A DNA stretch of 63,939 nucleotides, the filler included, from Octopus bimaculoides (lineage: Eukaryota), in NCBI RefSeq assembly GCF_001194135.2. It is 9 parts of 7 records of this genome, joined end to end, with 100 filler letters (N's around TTAATTAATTAA, not from the genome) between each part and the next. Parts side by side here need not be neighbours in the genome. Positions count along the whole stretch, not along the records: positions 38,526 to 50,660 come from NC_068988.1; positions 50,761 to 55,917 come from NC_069008.1; 7 more parts are not named here. One strand, written 5' to 3'. The translations under genes were made by a program, and so were the position numbers. Below are positions 38,526 through 52,709 of the stretch, one piece after another (position 1 is the stretch's first letter; the number at the start of each line of letters is the position of its first letter). The notes below the pieces were generated by a model that had not been told where the DNA came from, searched no databases, and saw only the letters and a program-made list of their open reading frames with translations.

Positions 38526-39864
38526 AGAGGGGGAGAGAGAGGGGGAGAGAGAGTGTGGTTAGCTCAATAAACGTTGTGTATCTTACCCTTTTGCTTCTGT
38601 CTATATGCAAAATTTGCTCTAGTACATTGTTTTTTTATGTACATATGCAAATATATGTTCGACCGCGTATCAATATATACAAATATATGCGTTTGTATTG
38701 TTTTAGATATAACTGTGTATGTTCTTCCGTATGCTTACTGTATTATAGTTTCAGAAGAATACTGACTACAATTTCCAACTTTCAACATGCTACCTTTCGT
38801 AGCAGTTTAATGAAAAATGGTAATCCGATCTAAAAGCAAACATTAATGCACACACCCCCACCTATGTATATATTTATATGTATGTATGTATGCATGTATG
38901 TATGTATGTATGTATGTATGTATGCATGCATGTATGTATGTATGTATGTATGTATACACATACAAATATACGTTTGGTGTTTTACATTTATGTATATGAC
39001 TCTTGTGTATGTAGTTTGATGCTCTCATAAATATATCTTCACTTAATTCAATTTAGAATCTTGTTGAAATTATGTATGTGACAGATGATAGCGTTGTAAT
39101 AGAGTTTAATACTCACCAGAGAGATACACTGTCTTTATCATGTCATGAGCTATGTTCTTGTCAACAGCCCAGACGTCTAATTCACAAATACCTTATCTGC
39201 TTTGTCAATAAAACAATTTGCTCACTATTATGATAATTCACTTCAGTATACAGTTGCATATATNNNNNNNNNNATATATATATAATGTGTTTCCGCATTT
39301 AACAATGATAAATTCTTTTGATCCAGAGAAGGATTGTTTATGGTTGGTCTTATAATCTGTTTCGTTTTGTGGTTCGAAATGTTAAAGATATTCTTCTGTT
39401 GCCGCAGACAATTTATTGCGACACGGATGTAGGTTCTGAGATAGAAACTTAGATGATATATTGGTGACATATCGAAATCCCTGAAAGAATCCTGAAAAAT
39501 TCCTTTTCTTCCAATACTATAAATTTTGCTCCACGGAGTCAGCTGGGCTCATGCCGCCTCTACTCAAACATCACATCTCTCTTATCTTAACAACCCTTGT
39601 TTTGGAATGATTTCTATGGCAAATTGTTTTCTCCCCAGACAGGCGGCCGCCTGGATTTTCCTATTGGTGATGTCTATCGCTTCAGTATTGATTTACAAAG
39701 CTTTAAAGAGAACACAGTCATCATTTTCAATGACCTACAAGAGCCGGCGACTACATCATAAGCACTGCTTCTTGGAGCCAACCCAGAGAATTTTATATAA
39801 TATGTATATGATATATATGTGTGTGTTCTCATGCGTGTATTTATATATATATAAACACAATTCA

Positions 39865-39984
39865 AATTAGGGTTTAGCAAGAATTGCTTCACCACACACC
39901 GAAAGAGCAGTCAAAACTACTATTTCACTACCAAAATATATCTCTAATTTTCGCTGTGTGGTGAAGCAATTCTGATCCCTAATT
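39865..39984. repeat. Short inverted repeat (MITE-like, ~120 bp)
   Basis: AATTAGGG..AGAATTGCTTCACCACACACCGAAA faces TTTCGCTGTGTGGTGAAGCAATTCT..CCCTAATT. Confidence 0.75.
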
Positions 39985-40796
39985 TTAATTATGTTTATAA
40001 TTATAAAACTTTCATATAAGTTTACTGATAATGGTTTTTTAACGCACCTAACTACTTGGTAAAATTACTAATTATTGATTAATTATTAATTTTTAACCTA
40101 TATCTGTAAGAATATATATATATATATATACATGCGTACACTTTTCTGTTGGGTTAACAAGGCCACCAATGGTTTCATGTATAGATCTTCATAATTAGTC
40201 GAGCATATCACATGGAAGTACTGGTACTCGTCTCTGGCATTGAGTACTCGTTCTCACTGTTCGCTATTAGAGTACATATAATGTTCATGTACGCGCACAT
40301 GTGTTCCTGGGTTTCACCCGCAAATTACTTAATAACAAGTGTTGGTTTGTATACGTCCCCTAAAAATTGAGCACTGTGGTCAATTTTTTTCACAAGTCCG
40401 CAAACCTGCAACTAATCTGTAATAGTAAGGCAGCCCTTACTTTAACGTCATTTAGTCCAACTTAAACTTAGCCGTTGGCGGTTAAGTGTCTCAGATTTCA
40501 GTTCCATGTTTCTATAGTGGCAGGACACAAATTGCATTTGTATCGATTTGTTGCCTGGCGTTCAATTGATTCTGCTCGCCGCTTTTGTATATGTGATGAA
40601 CATGTTTGGTATCCAATAAAAGATACGACATACAATACAGAGCGTTCCTTTACTTAACCTAGAAACCATTAGTTATTGATATATTTAGCACTCAACGACC
40701 ACTGCGCTGTTAGGCCTGTATCCTCTTTGTAATTATTTGTGTACACTCACTTATGAGTGATGATTTGTGTAATGTTTGTACGCCTCTGTCTGTGCA

Positions 40797-40804
40797 TGTG
40801 TGTA

Positions 40805-40835
<31 letters not shown>

Positions 40836-40930
40836 GTGCGTATCCATGTATGTGTATATACATATACATTTATAACTATATCTAAATTTATATGTACGTA
40901 TACATATATGTGTATCTATATATATGTAAG

Positions 40931-40980
<50 letters not shown>

Positions 40981-41290
40981 TATGTATATATATATATAAG
41001 TATATATAAATATGTATGTATATATATATATATATATAAGTATATATATATATATACAAGTATATATATATATAAGTATATATATATATATATATATATA
41101 TATAAGTATATGTATATATATATATATATATATATAAGTATATAAATATATATATATAAGTATATATATATATATATACATACATATATATATATATATA
41201 TACACATACACACACACACATATATATATTTGAATGTATATGTGTATATGTATATATATGCATGTATGTATGCATGTATGTATGTATAAT
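40797..41290. repeat. Long compound (TG)/(TA)/(TATG) microsatellite
   Basis: Seen directly; source of several spurious Y/I-rich ORFs. Confidence 0.95.
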
Positions 41291-41534
41291 ATGTATGCGA
41301 TAATTCAAACACAAACGCTTGGGTGTAAAGATATATTTAGCAGTCTACAATCTCAATGTTGTATATATATATATGTGTGTCAAATATTTCGTTCCACAGA
41401 GGCTACGTCTCGGGAGGTTATATTCAGCTTTCTTTGACACACGAAATGCGTTAGTGATAATGGGGAATACGTGGCAACATTATCTATCATTGTGAAAGGA
41501 AATCAATACAAGACATACACCATTTACACTACTG

Positions 41535-41591
<57 letters not shown>

Positions 41592-42248
41592 TTAAAAACC
41601 ACCATGTTGCACTAGCGAGCAGTGTACCAGCTCTCCATATGATAGTAACGCATTAAATTCTCTTACCAAATTAGTGTGTCTATCTGCTCGATAGATCCGC
41701 CTATTTCATCCGAGACTTCCTACACTATTTTCTGTCATAATGTACATCGACTCGGCTCTCCAGTATCCATAATGTGTATAAATTTGGTGTCGTCTTACTC
41801 TAAACATTAATCACCTAATATATTACTAACGACTTATACACCAGATTAGCCAGAGGGTAAGTCCCTTTGCATCGAACGTTATCCGGGGAAAGAAAACGTC
41901 CCTACCAGGTCGATCGACATGCTAGACATAGCTCAAATATCTCGCTTAAATTGCACTCCATGTTTTAGCAAAATCGTGATTGTTACCCAACTAGGGTGTT
42001 GTGAATCTATATTTTGCTACCGTGGGTGATATCAGGTACAGTAACAGAGGTACAATCGCTCGCTATAATTGTACTTTTTAAATGTAATTTCGTGTAGTCT
42101 ATAACAAATCACGCAGTGAATATCAATTTTCGAAGTATAAATATTTTCTGAAAATCACCAGGGGTTATAAATTCAATAAGGTCATTTATCTCCTTTTCAA
42201 AACAGAGTGATACAGACAGACAGAGACAGACAGGCAGAGGGGAAGACG

Positions 42249-42302
<54 letters not shown>

Positions 42303-42327
42303 AACAATTACATTAATATATGTTATA

Positions 42328-42535
42328 AAAGCTGGCTGAATCGTTAGTACGTCGGACCAAATGCTTGGTGGCATTTTGTCCGCCTTCAAGTTCTGTGTTC
42401 AAATGCTGTCTGAGTCGACTTTGTCATTCATCCTTTCGTGGACGATAAATATGGACCCGTTCAATACTGGAGTCGATATAATCGACTAAGCCCCTCCACC
42501 GAAATTTCTGGCCTTGTGTCAAAATTTGAAATCAT
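42328..42535 (+). mobile_element. SINE family A (old copy)
   Basis: GCTGGCTGAATCGTTAG..GTCGACTTTGTCATTCATCCTTTCG..GGCCTTGTG. Confidence 0.7.
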
Positions 42536-42552
42536 GTTAATAAATGTTGTGC

Positions 42553-42680
42553 AATAATCCCTCGNNNNNNNNNNNNNNNNNNNNNNNNNNNNNNNNNNNN
42601 NNNNNNNNNNNNNNNNNNNNNNNNNNCACCTCACCCCCGCGATAGGTCAAAATCCGCAAAGTAGAAACAGTACTGTACTG
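42553..42680 (+). mobile_element. Tigger-like MITE fragment spanning a gap
   Basis: AATAATCCCTCG..[N]..CCCCCGCGATAGGTCAAAATCCGCAAAGTAGAAACAGTACTGTA matches 10008-10090. Confidence 0.7.
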
Positions 42681-42715
42681 CATATTTTTAAAATTATTTT
42701 AATAATTTGTATATA

Positions 42716-43165
42716 GGCGCAGGAGTGGCTGTGTGGTAAGTAACTTGCTTACCAACCACATGGCTCCGGGTTCAATCCCACTGCGTGGCACCTTGGGCAA
42801 GTGTCTTCTACTGTAGCCTCGGGCTGACCAAAGCCTTGTGAGTGGATTCGGTAGACGGAAACTGAAAGGAACCCGTCGTATATATGTATATATATATATG
42901 TTTGTGTGTATGCATGTGTGTGTGTGTGTGTGTGCGTGTGTGTGTGTCTGTGTGTGTCTGTGTTTGTTCCCCAGCATCACTTGACAATCGATGGTGGTGT
43001 GTTTACGTCCCCGCAACTTAGCGGTCCGGCAAAAGAGGCCGATAGAATAAGTAGTAGGCTTACAAAGAATAAGTCCCGGGTTTGATTTGCTCGACTAAAG
43101 GTGGTGCTCCAGCATGGCCGCAGTCAAATGACTGAAGCAAATAAAAGAGTAAAAGAGTAAAGAGT
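42716..43165 (+). mobile_element. SINE family B (tRNA head plus CORE-like domain), full length
   Basis: GGCGCAGGAGTGGCTGTGTGGTAAG..GGGTTCAATCCC..GGCACCTTGGGCAAGTGTCTT, an internal TA/TG microsatellite and a (AAAAGAGT)n tail. Inverted copy at 51897-52300. Confidence 0.85.
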
Positions 43166-43419
43166 AAACGGATATAGAGAAAAATTATATATATAGTTAA
43201 GGGAATATTATTAAGATTCGGGCATATTATTTTACATTTTATATTATATATTTATATAGCATCAGCGGATATAGACGTAAGTAGTGGATCTAATAGCTAT
43301 CTAATTAATTGAGAAACATATTTAGTAGAATTAATGGTGTTTGTTTGATCAGAAAATATAAGAGATTTTGTTGATTCTAGAATAGTTAATGGTAGTTATA
43401 GAATAGATATTTATGGGTA

Positions 43420-43910
43420 TGTAAACAGGGAAGAAACTTTCGACCCTCTCGTTTAGCAATTTTTGAGGGGAGAAGTTGTACAAAGTTGATAATATTCATT
43501 AAGTTGAAAAAAAAAAAGAGGTTTTGCAGAAGAAATAATTTTCCATTTAATTTTTATAACTTACATTGTTGTCTTTTAATTTCCAAATTAATTTACTAAG
43601 ACTAGTCGAAGTACGATTATCAGAATTACGAAAAGAATATTGGTGGTTTGAAATTCTAACCTTAATAAATGTCGAGGAAGCACCAATATAGTAAAAGTAT
43701 TTACCACCAATTTCCACTATAGCTTGGTACACTTCATTTTTCTTTTGCAATAATTTAAAAATTTACACTGTTCTTTAACTCTACAATCGCAGAAATTAGT
43801 TATGTTATGGCTGGAAATAACAGGTGGATTGGGGCATGGAATTTCCCCTTGATTGATGTGTATGGTTGGATGATTCATAATTCTATGGTTTAAATTGGTC
43901 ATACGTTCGG
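43420..43910 (-). mobile_element. Penelope-like element GIY-YIG endonuclease remnant (Cys-rich linker, Neptune-like)
   Basis: Across frameshifts: MTNLNHRIMNH, CDCRVKEQCKFLNYC, VYQAIVEIGGKYFYYIGASSTFIKVRISNHQYSF..TSLSKLIWKLK, KWKIISSAKP. Confidence 0.8.
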
Positions 43911-44559
43911 CATAAAATCGATCTAATTAAGTAGAATTTAGAGAAGATATATATCTAAATAAATTTCGAGCAACTGAAAAACCATATCAAAAAAAAATCT
44001 GGAGTAATTCATTGTATCTGTCTTTATTAAGAGAAAAATGTCTATTTATTAACCGGTGTATTATGTTGAACAGATCACATTTTACTTGTTTAGCGAAGGA
44101 CAAAATCAACCATATAATAATTCCCTTTATTTTATTATTACCAAAAGTGGTATTATGATAGGTTTTGATTTTTGATTTGATATAAGGTATGTAGTTCTTA
44201 TTTCTTTTAACATTGTAAGTAGTAGTAAATTTATTGTTATTAATATTATTATAATAATTCTTTATGGTTGGATAAATGTTATTATTTACATTGACGGAGG
44301 CTAATATGTTATTTTTATCTTTGTGATTATTATGATAATAATAGCTTTACAATTTATATTCAATTTATTTGTATTGCAATGTTTTTAAAAGAAAATTTTC
44401 AACATTTTTTTAACGTACAAATAAATTTTTCATGCATCCAGTTCTCTCCATTTTCTTTCCTTTAATATATNNNNNNNNNNNNNNNNNNNNNNNNNNNNNN
44501 NNNNNNNNNNNNNNNNNNNNNNNNNNNNNNNNNNNNNNNNNNNNNNNNNNNTATATATA

Positions 44560-44902
<343 letters not shown>

Positions 44903-45302
44903 TACCTTATTCGTATGTATCCAAAAGGAGGCAAGCATCTATGCGATGGGCTTGATGTCTGTTGAGGGACCTACTGAACATGAAACCGATGGTCGCCTTA
45001 ACCTATAAATAAAGTATTTTTATCCACCAGTGCGGCGTTGAGTCGATCAGAAACCAACTGCATTTCGTGTTTTTGTTATTTGAATTTACTTTCTCCAAGA
45101 AGAAAGCTGTATGGAGAACTTGTGGTACTTCACTCTCATTAGTTCATATGCAGGTTAAAACATAACTGAGGCCCTAACATGTATGTAGCCCTAGGAACAA
45201 TGGTGATTAAAAGTTGCTTCCACACACCTTAAAACCTTGGAACTCCCCTATCAGAGCCCAAATATCGGATGTAGCTTAAAGTTATACCGAAGACATATAT
45301 TG

Positions 45303-45515
45303 GTTTCTAATTTTGGCACAGCGCCAGCAGTTTCTGAAAAGGGGTAAGTCGATTATAACGAATCGCAGTGCTCCACAGGTGCTTATTTTACTGACCCCAA
45401 AATGATGAAGGGATAAGTCGACCCCGGCGACGTTTAAACTCAGAATGTAAAGACGGACGAAATGCAATTAATCATTTTGTTCGGTCAGCTAACGATTCCG
45501 TCAGCTCGCTGCCTT
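45303..45515 (-). mobile_element. SINE family A
   Basis: Ends CTAACGATTCCGTCAGCTCGCTGCCTT, the reverse complement of the family head. Confidence 0.75.
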
Positions 45516-45681
45516 TCTTAGGATATATTTTATATACACATATATTTTATATACACATATATTTTATATACACATATATTTTATATACACATATAAGCAC
45601 TCAAAACACAATCAAATACGCAAACACACACGCACGAACACACATACATGGCGTGTGCATGCATGTATAAACACATAATAA

Positions 45682-45764
<83 letters not shown>

Positions 45765-46374
45765 CATGTGTGTACACTCACGCTCGCACACATACGTGCT
45801 TTTCCATCCTTGATAGGGAGCAAGCTTCTATGAAAGATCGAAGTCAGGCGTGGGACAGAAGCGGTTGTGTGCGATTTAAATTACTAAAATGCTAAGAATA
45901 GACAAGACAATTTGTGTTTGTGTAGGATAACAGTTGAAATTATTGTCCATATTCCCATTATTTACGTAAAACAAACAAACAAGCAATTAACCAGACAACG
46001 AATATAAAGCCACTTCATGCCAAGCAATATAAATACCATTCACATTTAATAATGTATCAGTTTAATGATTGTAGCTAATTAAATCCACAAAATATGAAAT
46101 ATTAATTTTCATTATAAACTAGAAAAAGGGGTGTATGTATAAGTGTTTGTCTTATGGCATTACCAATTCTTATATCTGGTGACGTCAACAGGTCTGGAGA
46201 TATTTCACATAAAACATGACATTTAACTAACATATCTGGCAGTTAATAAATCGTTTATAAGAGTAAGTTGCGGAAAAAACAAATAAAACCTTACCGAGAA
46301 AATGTCAAACTACGGCAAAAAGCGGTCAAACCCCATCTCACATTTATATTTTGATATTCTTTTATAGTTTAAAT

Positions 46375-46640
46375 CAGTGGTTCCCAAATATTTTCGGGCT
46401 GCCGCCCCCTTGGCACCCGTGCCAGATTTCTCGTACCCCTACACAACCCACCACTACCAACATTGACCATTTTCTGCAGAAAATTCAAAACAATTGTATT
46501 TCACAAATAAAACTTACACTGATTAACCCATTATTTTGTTTGCTTTTACATCCATTACCCCTTTTTCGCCATCCTATTAGCGCCCGACTCTTCTTCAATG
46601 CCCCACTGAATCTTTCTGGCACCCCAGGTAGATGGAAGAG
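46375..46640 (+). mobile_element. Possible hAT/Charlie-like MITE fragment
   Basis: Starts CAGTGGTTCCCAAA, resembling Charlie-type TIRs, with GC-richer interior. No matching right TIR was found. Confidence 0.35.
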
Positions 46641-49600
46641 TTCTGCGGGCTTGCTCTGACAATTCCTTTAAATGTATTATCTGAAGTGCATCAATTCTAG
46701 GACGTTGTCTCGTACTAATTTTGCGGTTCTCTCAAAATGCGAAATATAAAGCTGACATTAACGTATGGGGAGATTATTCAGTTGTCCATTATTGCAAAGA
46801 ATTTCATCTCAAATATAACGGTTTTCTTGGTTTTTATTATCGTGTACGTGCACACAAGCGTACACACCTACGTGCACACATTCAGAGGATATAGGGCATA
46901 ATACTTTACATTGTTCCTGTACAGTCAGAACGATTTTGGAATCCATGTGATTGTGAAATGAATTCCTTAAATACACGACTATGTCTGCAGCCTACTGTCT
47001 GAAAACGGTTTTATTGTATTATACCATAAATTGCACGGTTGTTCTTCACGGGGTTCTAATTCTGGTAAGAGTAACACTTGCTTAGTGTTTCTAGTTTATG
47101 ACAGTTTTGTTGCATTTAGTTATCTTGGTGTAATTGTTAGAGGAGAGGACGGCGACAGTCGTCGTTTCTTACAATGCCTATAAAACAAAGAAGAATGTTT
47201 TCAGATGTAGAGATTTCGAAGTTCTTATTCCTTGGAACAAAAGAGTCAGATAAAACCACTCAATAATCAGTGTGATAGAACGACACTGAGTGACGTTTCA
47301 GGCCGACCACAAAATAATAAGAAGTGTCACGCTGAGAGATTTCCATAGAGCTATTTTCTTTTTTCCAAATAATTTTCATTCACAAGGTTTTATATTGACC
47401 GGATCCTGACAGTGTGACGGAGGTCATTTACATAAGGTGCCAGAGCGTAATGTTAACGCCGAAAGCGTAAAGCTAAGAAAACATTTCTTAACCACACAAC
47501 TATGTTTGTGTCCATAACTATGCATGCAAACTTAGTCATTCCTGCATTTCATGGCGTCGAGGGCGGATCAGATTTTATATTCTTCAAGACGTCTATTCGC
47601 TAATTGATTGGTGATCTTCGACTTTACAACCTCCCTCGGTAATTGATTTAAATCTAGATGTATTCTGTTTGAGATGGCTATATGTATGTATGTATATGTG
47701 TGTATGTGAGCATGTTTGTGTGCATGGGTGGGGGCGCATGTGTGTTGTGTATGTGTATTTGTGTATGTGTGTATGTGAGTGTCTTGTTAACTTGTTGCCT
47801 CATTTCTTAAATAATTTATATGATTGGTCGGTCTCTGGTTGATAACTGGTAGACTTCCAAGATATCGTCTTTGTTCAAATTGACTTTTCATGTTATCTTA
47901 TAATCGTATATCCTATCTCGTTCTTCTTCGTTCTTTTTTTTCTCTCATTAATTAGTCGGAACAGAAGAGGCAGAATACATTTACTTTCAAAGCCACTTTT
48001 CTGTGAGCTGACGTTGATGTGGATGATCAATTTAAACGTCTGTGGTTTAATATCAAAGCGGTTATTTGGAATGATCTTTGCTCTTTCCCGTCCCTGCTCT
48101 GTGAGTTCAAATCCGGTCCAAGTCAGCTTAGCTTTTCATCCTATCAAGGCCAATAAATTGAGAACCTGTACTGGTGTCAGCTTCTCTCTGTCTCTCAAGG
48201 TCAGTGATCCTCAACCAGGATCAGTATGGCCCTTGGGGATCCATATAAAATTTTGTTGTTAAGGATTAGGTGAAATAAATTGGTTATACTTCTACAAACC
48301 ATACACAATTTTAACAATTTTTTAACAATTCCTTATAATATTTATTTAAAAAATATAATAGTGCTTCTTTTTAACATGAGGATTCTAGCAGATTTAAATC
48401 GGAATTAAAGAAGTACATAAGCAAAGAATGGGTGAGGACCACTTCTCTAGAAGAAAACGAAGGCGAGAACAAACAAGTCGAAAGAGGCGAAGACGACAAT
48501 GAAGACGGCGAAGAAGAAATCACATGTGTTCAGACATGGAAAGTGTTCAAAATGACGAAATGGTCAATGCATGATACAGCAACGCTCTTTATGACTCGAT
48601 GGGGAATCTAAGGACCAAGGAAAGTTTAACAACTGTATGAAACAGATGAGAGAGAGTCCTTATGCGGTTGCTAATCCATTAGACATAGCATAGCAACAAT
48701 ACATCGTTCAAATTATAACCGTACCTGTTAAAAAACTAACAGCCACAGTGATTGACATAGTGCTAGATACATAATGTCCATAATATCTCAAAAGGAGGGA
48801 TGGTCATAGCAGGAATGCCTTTGATAATTCTAATTTTGGCACAAAGCCGACCAAAGTCGTGTGACTGGATTTGGTAGGCGGAAACTGAAAGAAGCCAGTC
48901 ATATATATATACATATAGATGTACAATATTTGAAAAATGTCACGATGGAAATACACAGAAAACACTTGATGACAGACGTGCTTCATCGTCGACGACGTTA
49001 AGGAGGGGAAACTAAAGAAAAAATGCCAGCAACATTTTCCGTACATACATTTACATACGTATATATAGTTACATATATATATGTATGTGTATGTATATAT
49101 GTATATATATGTACGTGTATATATATATATATATATATATATTACGCCACATAGATGCGTATAGACAAATATATTATATAATATATGCATAACACACATG
49201 TATATGTATACATACATATATATGCATATATATAGATATATATGTATAAATATATGTACATATGTTTATATTCGTATACATAAATAGATGCAGTTATATA
49301 TATNNNNNNNNNNNNNNNNNNNNNNNNNNNNNNNNNNNNNNNNNNNNNNNNNNNNNNNNNNNNNNNNNNNNNNNNNNNNNNNNNNNNNNNNNNNNNGTAA
49401 CCAATAAATATTGAGTGAGAAAGTTCGTTAGCAGACAGCCGAAGACATCATTACGGGATTTATGATTATGAAGTTTTAATTGATAATAATTACTAGATTA
49501 GTGAGGCACTTCCAGACGAACAACGATATTACTAATCTTAGAAGTGGCTGGCTGCTTCAATCAAGCGAGATTCTAGTCGACAGTCTAAGAGAGATCAAAG

Positions 49601-50261
49601 AATCCATTGAGGCTGCAGAATATTCTAAAAAGAAAAACAAAATCAGCCATCAATACTTGATTCGCGTTAGTCCAGATATTGATGACTATCTAATTAAAAT
49701 GAAGGCTAAACTTGATTTTTAGTCGATATTCAGTGGCTTTGCTATGAAATATTGCAATATGTAGTTCGATTTCACTACAATATTGGTACGTCCGATTTTT
49801 CGACCAAACCGAATTTTTCCATTAATTAAGAAAGTTATATAATTCTGAGGCCTGAAAATTCATTTAGCAATATTTCCGTAATTCACATTTTGTCCAATTA
49901 GCACTCTGCAATGACCTGTATTTAGCTCTCATTAAAAGAAAGATACCCCACCCGTATTCCATTACATTTTTAATTAACATGTGGCTGTACAATTATAGAG
50001 TATGATTGATTCCACCGTTAATGACCAATATTTGGAGCTAACTTACAGAGAGCGAATTGGTAGAAGCGTTAAAGAGGATCAGCTTCACCGTTAATCCTTC
50101 TGAGGTGGATTAAATAAAATATCTTTCAAATGCTGAATTGGTATAATCGACAGTTTTATTCCCTTGAACGAACTGATGGGTTTTGTTTTTGTTAAGCTTG
50201 AATTTAATATTTCAGGCCAACAAGCGAATTTCTCTTTGGTCGTTGTATCTGTGAGTAAATG

Positions 50262-50430
50262 TCAGCCAGAATGTTCCTGAACTCACTCGCTATTAGTCTC
50301 ATAATAGAAAGGCTGCAAGACCGCATTGGATAATGCATTCCGAGACATACTGAGACTGAGAGAATAACATAACAAGAAGCATGGAATGGGCACAGACGTA
50401 ATGACTTTGATCGAATATCTGCTTCATAAG
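50262..50430 (+). repeat. Highly degenerate monomer of the ~150-bp satellite family
   Basis: CAGCCAGAATGTTCC..CATTGGATAATGCATTCCGAGACA..GACTTTGATC. Confidence 0.45.
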
Positions 50431-50499
50431 AACACCGAGTTTATTCTAAACAACATCATCTAGAATTTATTTAGATTCAAAGACAAGTACATAGCGGAG

Positions 50500-50566
<67 letters not shown>

Positions 50567-50660
50567 CATATATACATATTTATACACATAGAGATATATA
50601 CGCATATATATACACATATGTATGCACATATACATATATATGTATGCATATATATATATA

Positions 50661-50760
50661 NNNNNNNNNNNNNNNNNNNNNNNNNNNNNNNNNNNNNNNN
50701 NNNNTTAATTAATTAANNNNNNNNNNNNNNNNNNNNNNNNNNNNNNNNNNNNNNNNNNNN
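50661..50760. other. Artificial scaffold linker
   Basis: 44N-TTAATTAATTAA-44N. Confidence 0.97.
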
Positions 50761-50866
50761 TCAGACTGGAGCCTGGTGTTGCCATCCGGTTTCACCAGTC
50801 CTCAGTCAAATCGTCCAACCCATGCTAGCATGGAAAGCGGACGTTAAACGATGATGATGATGATGA
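50761..50866 (+). mobile_element. Family D retroposon 3' end with (GAT)n tail
   Basis: Matches the reverse complement of 37541-37641. Confidence 0.75.
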
Positions 50867-50895
50867 TATATATATACATATAAACAATAATGATG

Positions 50896-50933
<38 letters not shown>

Positions 50934-51896
50934 TGATTAACCAGAAGCTGGATTTGGTATTAGTTTTGATTTAGTACAGTGACCGTTTCAACCCTTCCAA
51001 CTACTGTCCTTTATGGGTGGGACTCCATTCAACATGTGTTGCATCCATTTTGCAGTCTGAGTCACATCAGGTACATCCATACATAAAGTGGTGTCTCACT
51101 AATGATCTTGAGTTTAAACAGGCATGTTGCTATATGCCCGTCAAGTTAGGGAATGAAGCATTGTTACAATGTTCATTTCTATTAACTTTCCATAATGAAA
51201 ATGGTAAACATTTGTAAATATAAACATATAACTGTAGATAAGAAAGAAAGGAAAAAAAAAGAAAGGAAAAAAAAAAGAATGAAAAAGATTTTTCTGCAGG
51301 GGAAGTGAATAGGTGATAGAAAAAGGAAGGATTAAGTTACATTAGGTTTAAGACAAAGGAATGGTACTAGAAAAAGAAAGAGGAAAGAAAAGAAAAAGAA
51401 AGAATATATATGCAGGTTAAAGTGTCTAGGGGACGAAGGGTTTGTATACTTGCTAACCCATGTTAGGATGCATATAGGCATATACACACACATTCACACC
51501 AACCCATACCCATACATACACTGACACAGAGATGTCAGTACCCCACCGCCCACTTGGCCAATTTCAGTCATAGTTCCTACAGTTTATGGTTGGAAGATAA
51601 CTACATTAAAAGTCAATCATCACAATTACTTTAAGATTAGGGCAGTTTGTGGACAATTTGATGCATTCTTTATCTATATCACTCAGGGTCAATGGCACAT
51701 CCAACAACAGCAGATGTTAATTAATAAATTAATTTGTATCCATTGGATCTCTCCATTTTCTTACTTAATAATAATATTTGATATTTTATGATATTTTGTA
51801 TAATATATTCATTGAAGAAATATCTCTTCAAAATACAGTATATTATACCAGTGTATCTTGGATAAAAATATCCCTAAAAGACGTCTAAATATCTTC

Positions 51897-52300
51897 ATAC
51901 TCTTGTTCTTTACTCTTTTACTTGTTTTAGTCATTTGACTGTGACCATACTGGAGCACCGCCATTAGTCAAGCAAATCGACCCCAGGACTTTGTCTTTGT
52001 AAGCCTAGTACTTATTCTATCGGTCTCTTTTGCAAAACCGCTAAGTGACGGGGACATAAACACACCAGCATCGGTTGTCAAGCAATGCCAGGGGGACAAA
52101 CACAGACACACAAACATACACACACACATATATATACATATATACGACGGGCTTCTTTCAGTTTCCGTCTACCAAATCCACTCAAAAGGCTTTGGTCGAC
52201 CCGAGGCTATAGTAGAAGACACTTGCCCAAGATGCCATGCAGTGGGACTGAACCTGGAACCATGTGGTTGATAAGCAAGCTACTTACCACACAGCCACAT
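51897..52300 (-). mobile_element. SINE family B, full length, in the putative last intron of the muscarinic receptor
   Basis: Reverse complement of 42716-43165. Confidence 0.85.
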
Positions 52301-52610
52301 GCGTGTGTGTGTGTGTGTGTGNNNNNNNNNNNNNNNNNNNNNNNNNNNNNNNNNNNNNNNNNNNNNNNNNNNNNNNNNNNNNNNNNNNNNNNNNNNNNNN
52401 NNNNNNNNNNNNNNNNNNNNNNNNNNNNNNNNNNNNNNNNNNNNNNNNNNNNNNNNNNNTAGCGTATTTTTCTGCAATGTATGGATAATTTATCCTGATC
52501 ACGCTATTTATTAGCATTACCATGCGTTTGAGAATAAAAAGAAATTATTTCTCTATCTTTCAATACATCTCAACGCTTCTAAAAACAAACTTTGTTTGTT
52601 TACTTTCATC

Positions 52611-52662
<52 letters not shown>

Positions 52663-52709
52663 GTATATATATATAGATAGATAGATAGATATGTATATGT
52701 ATATATCTA

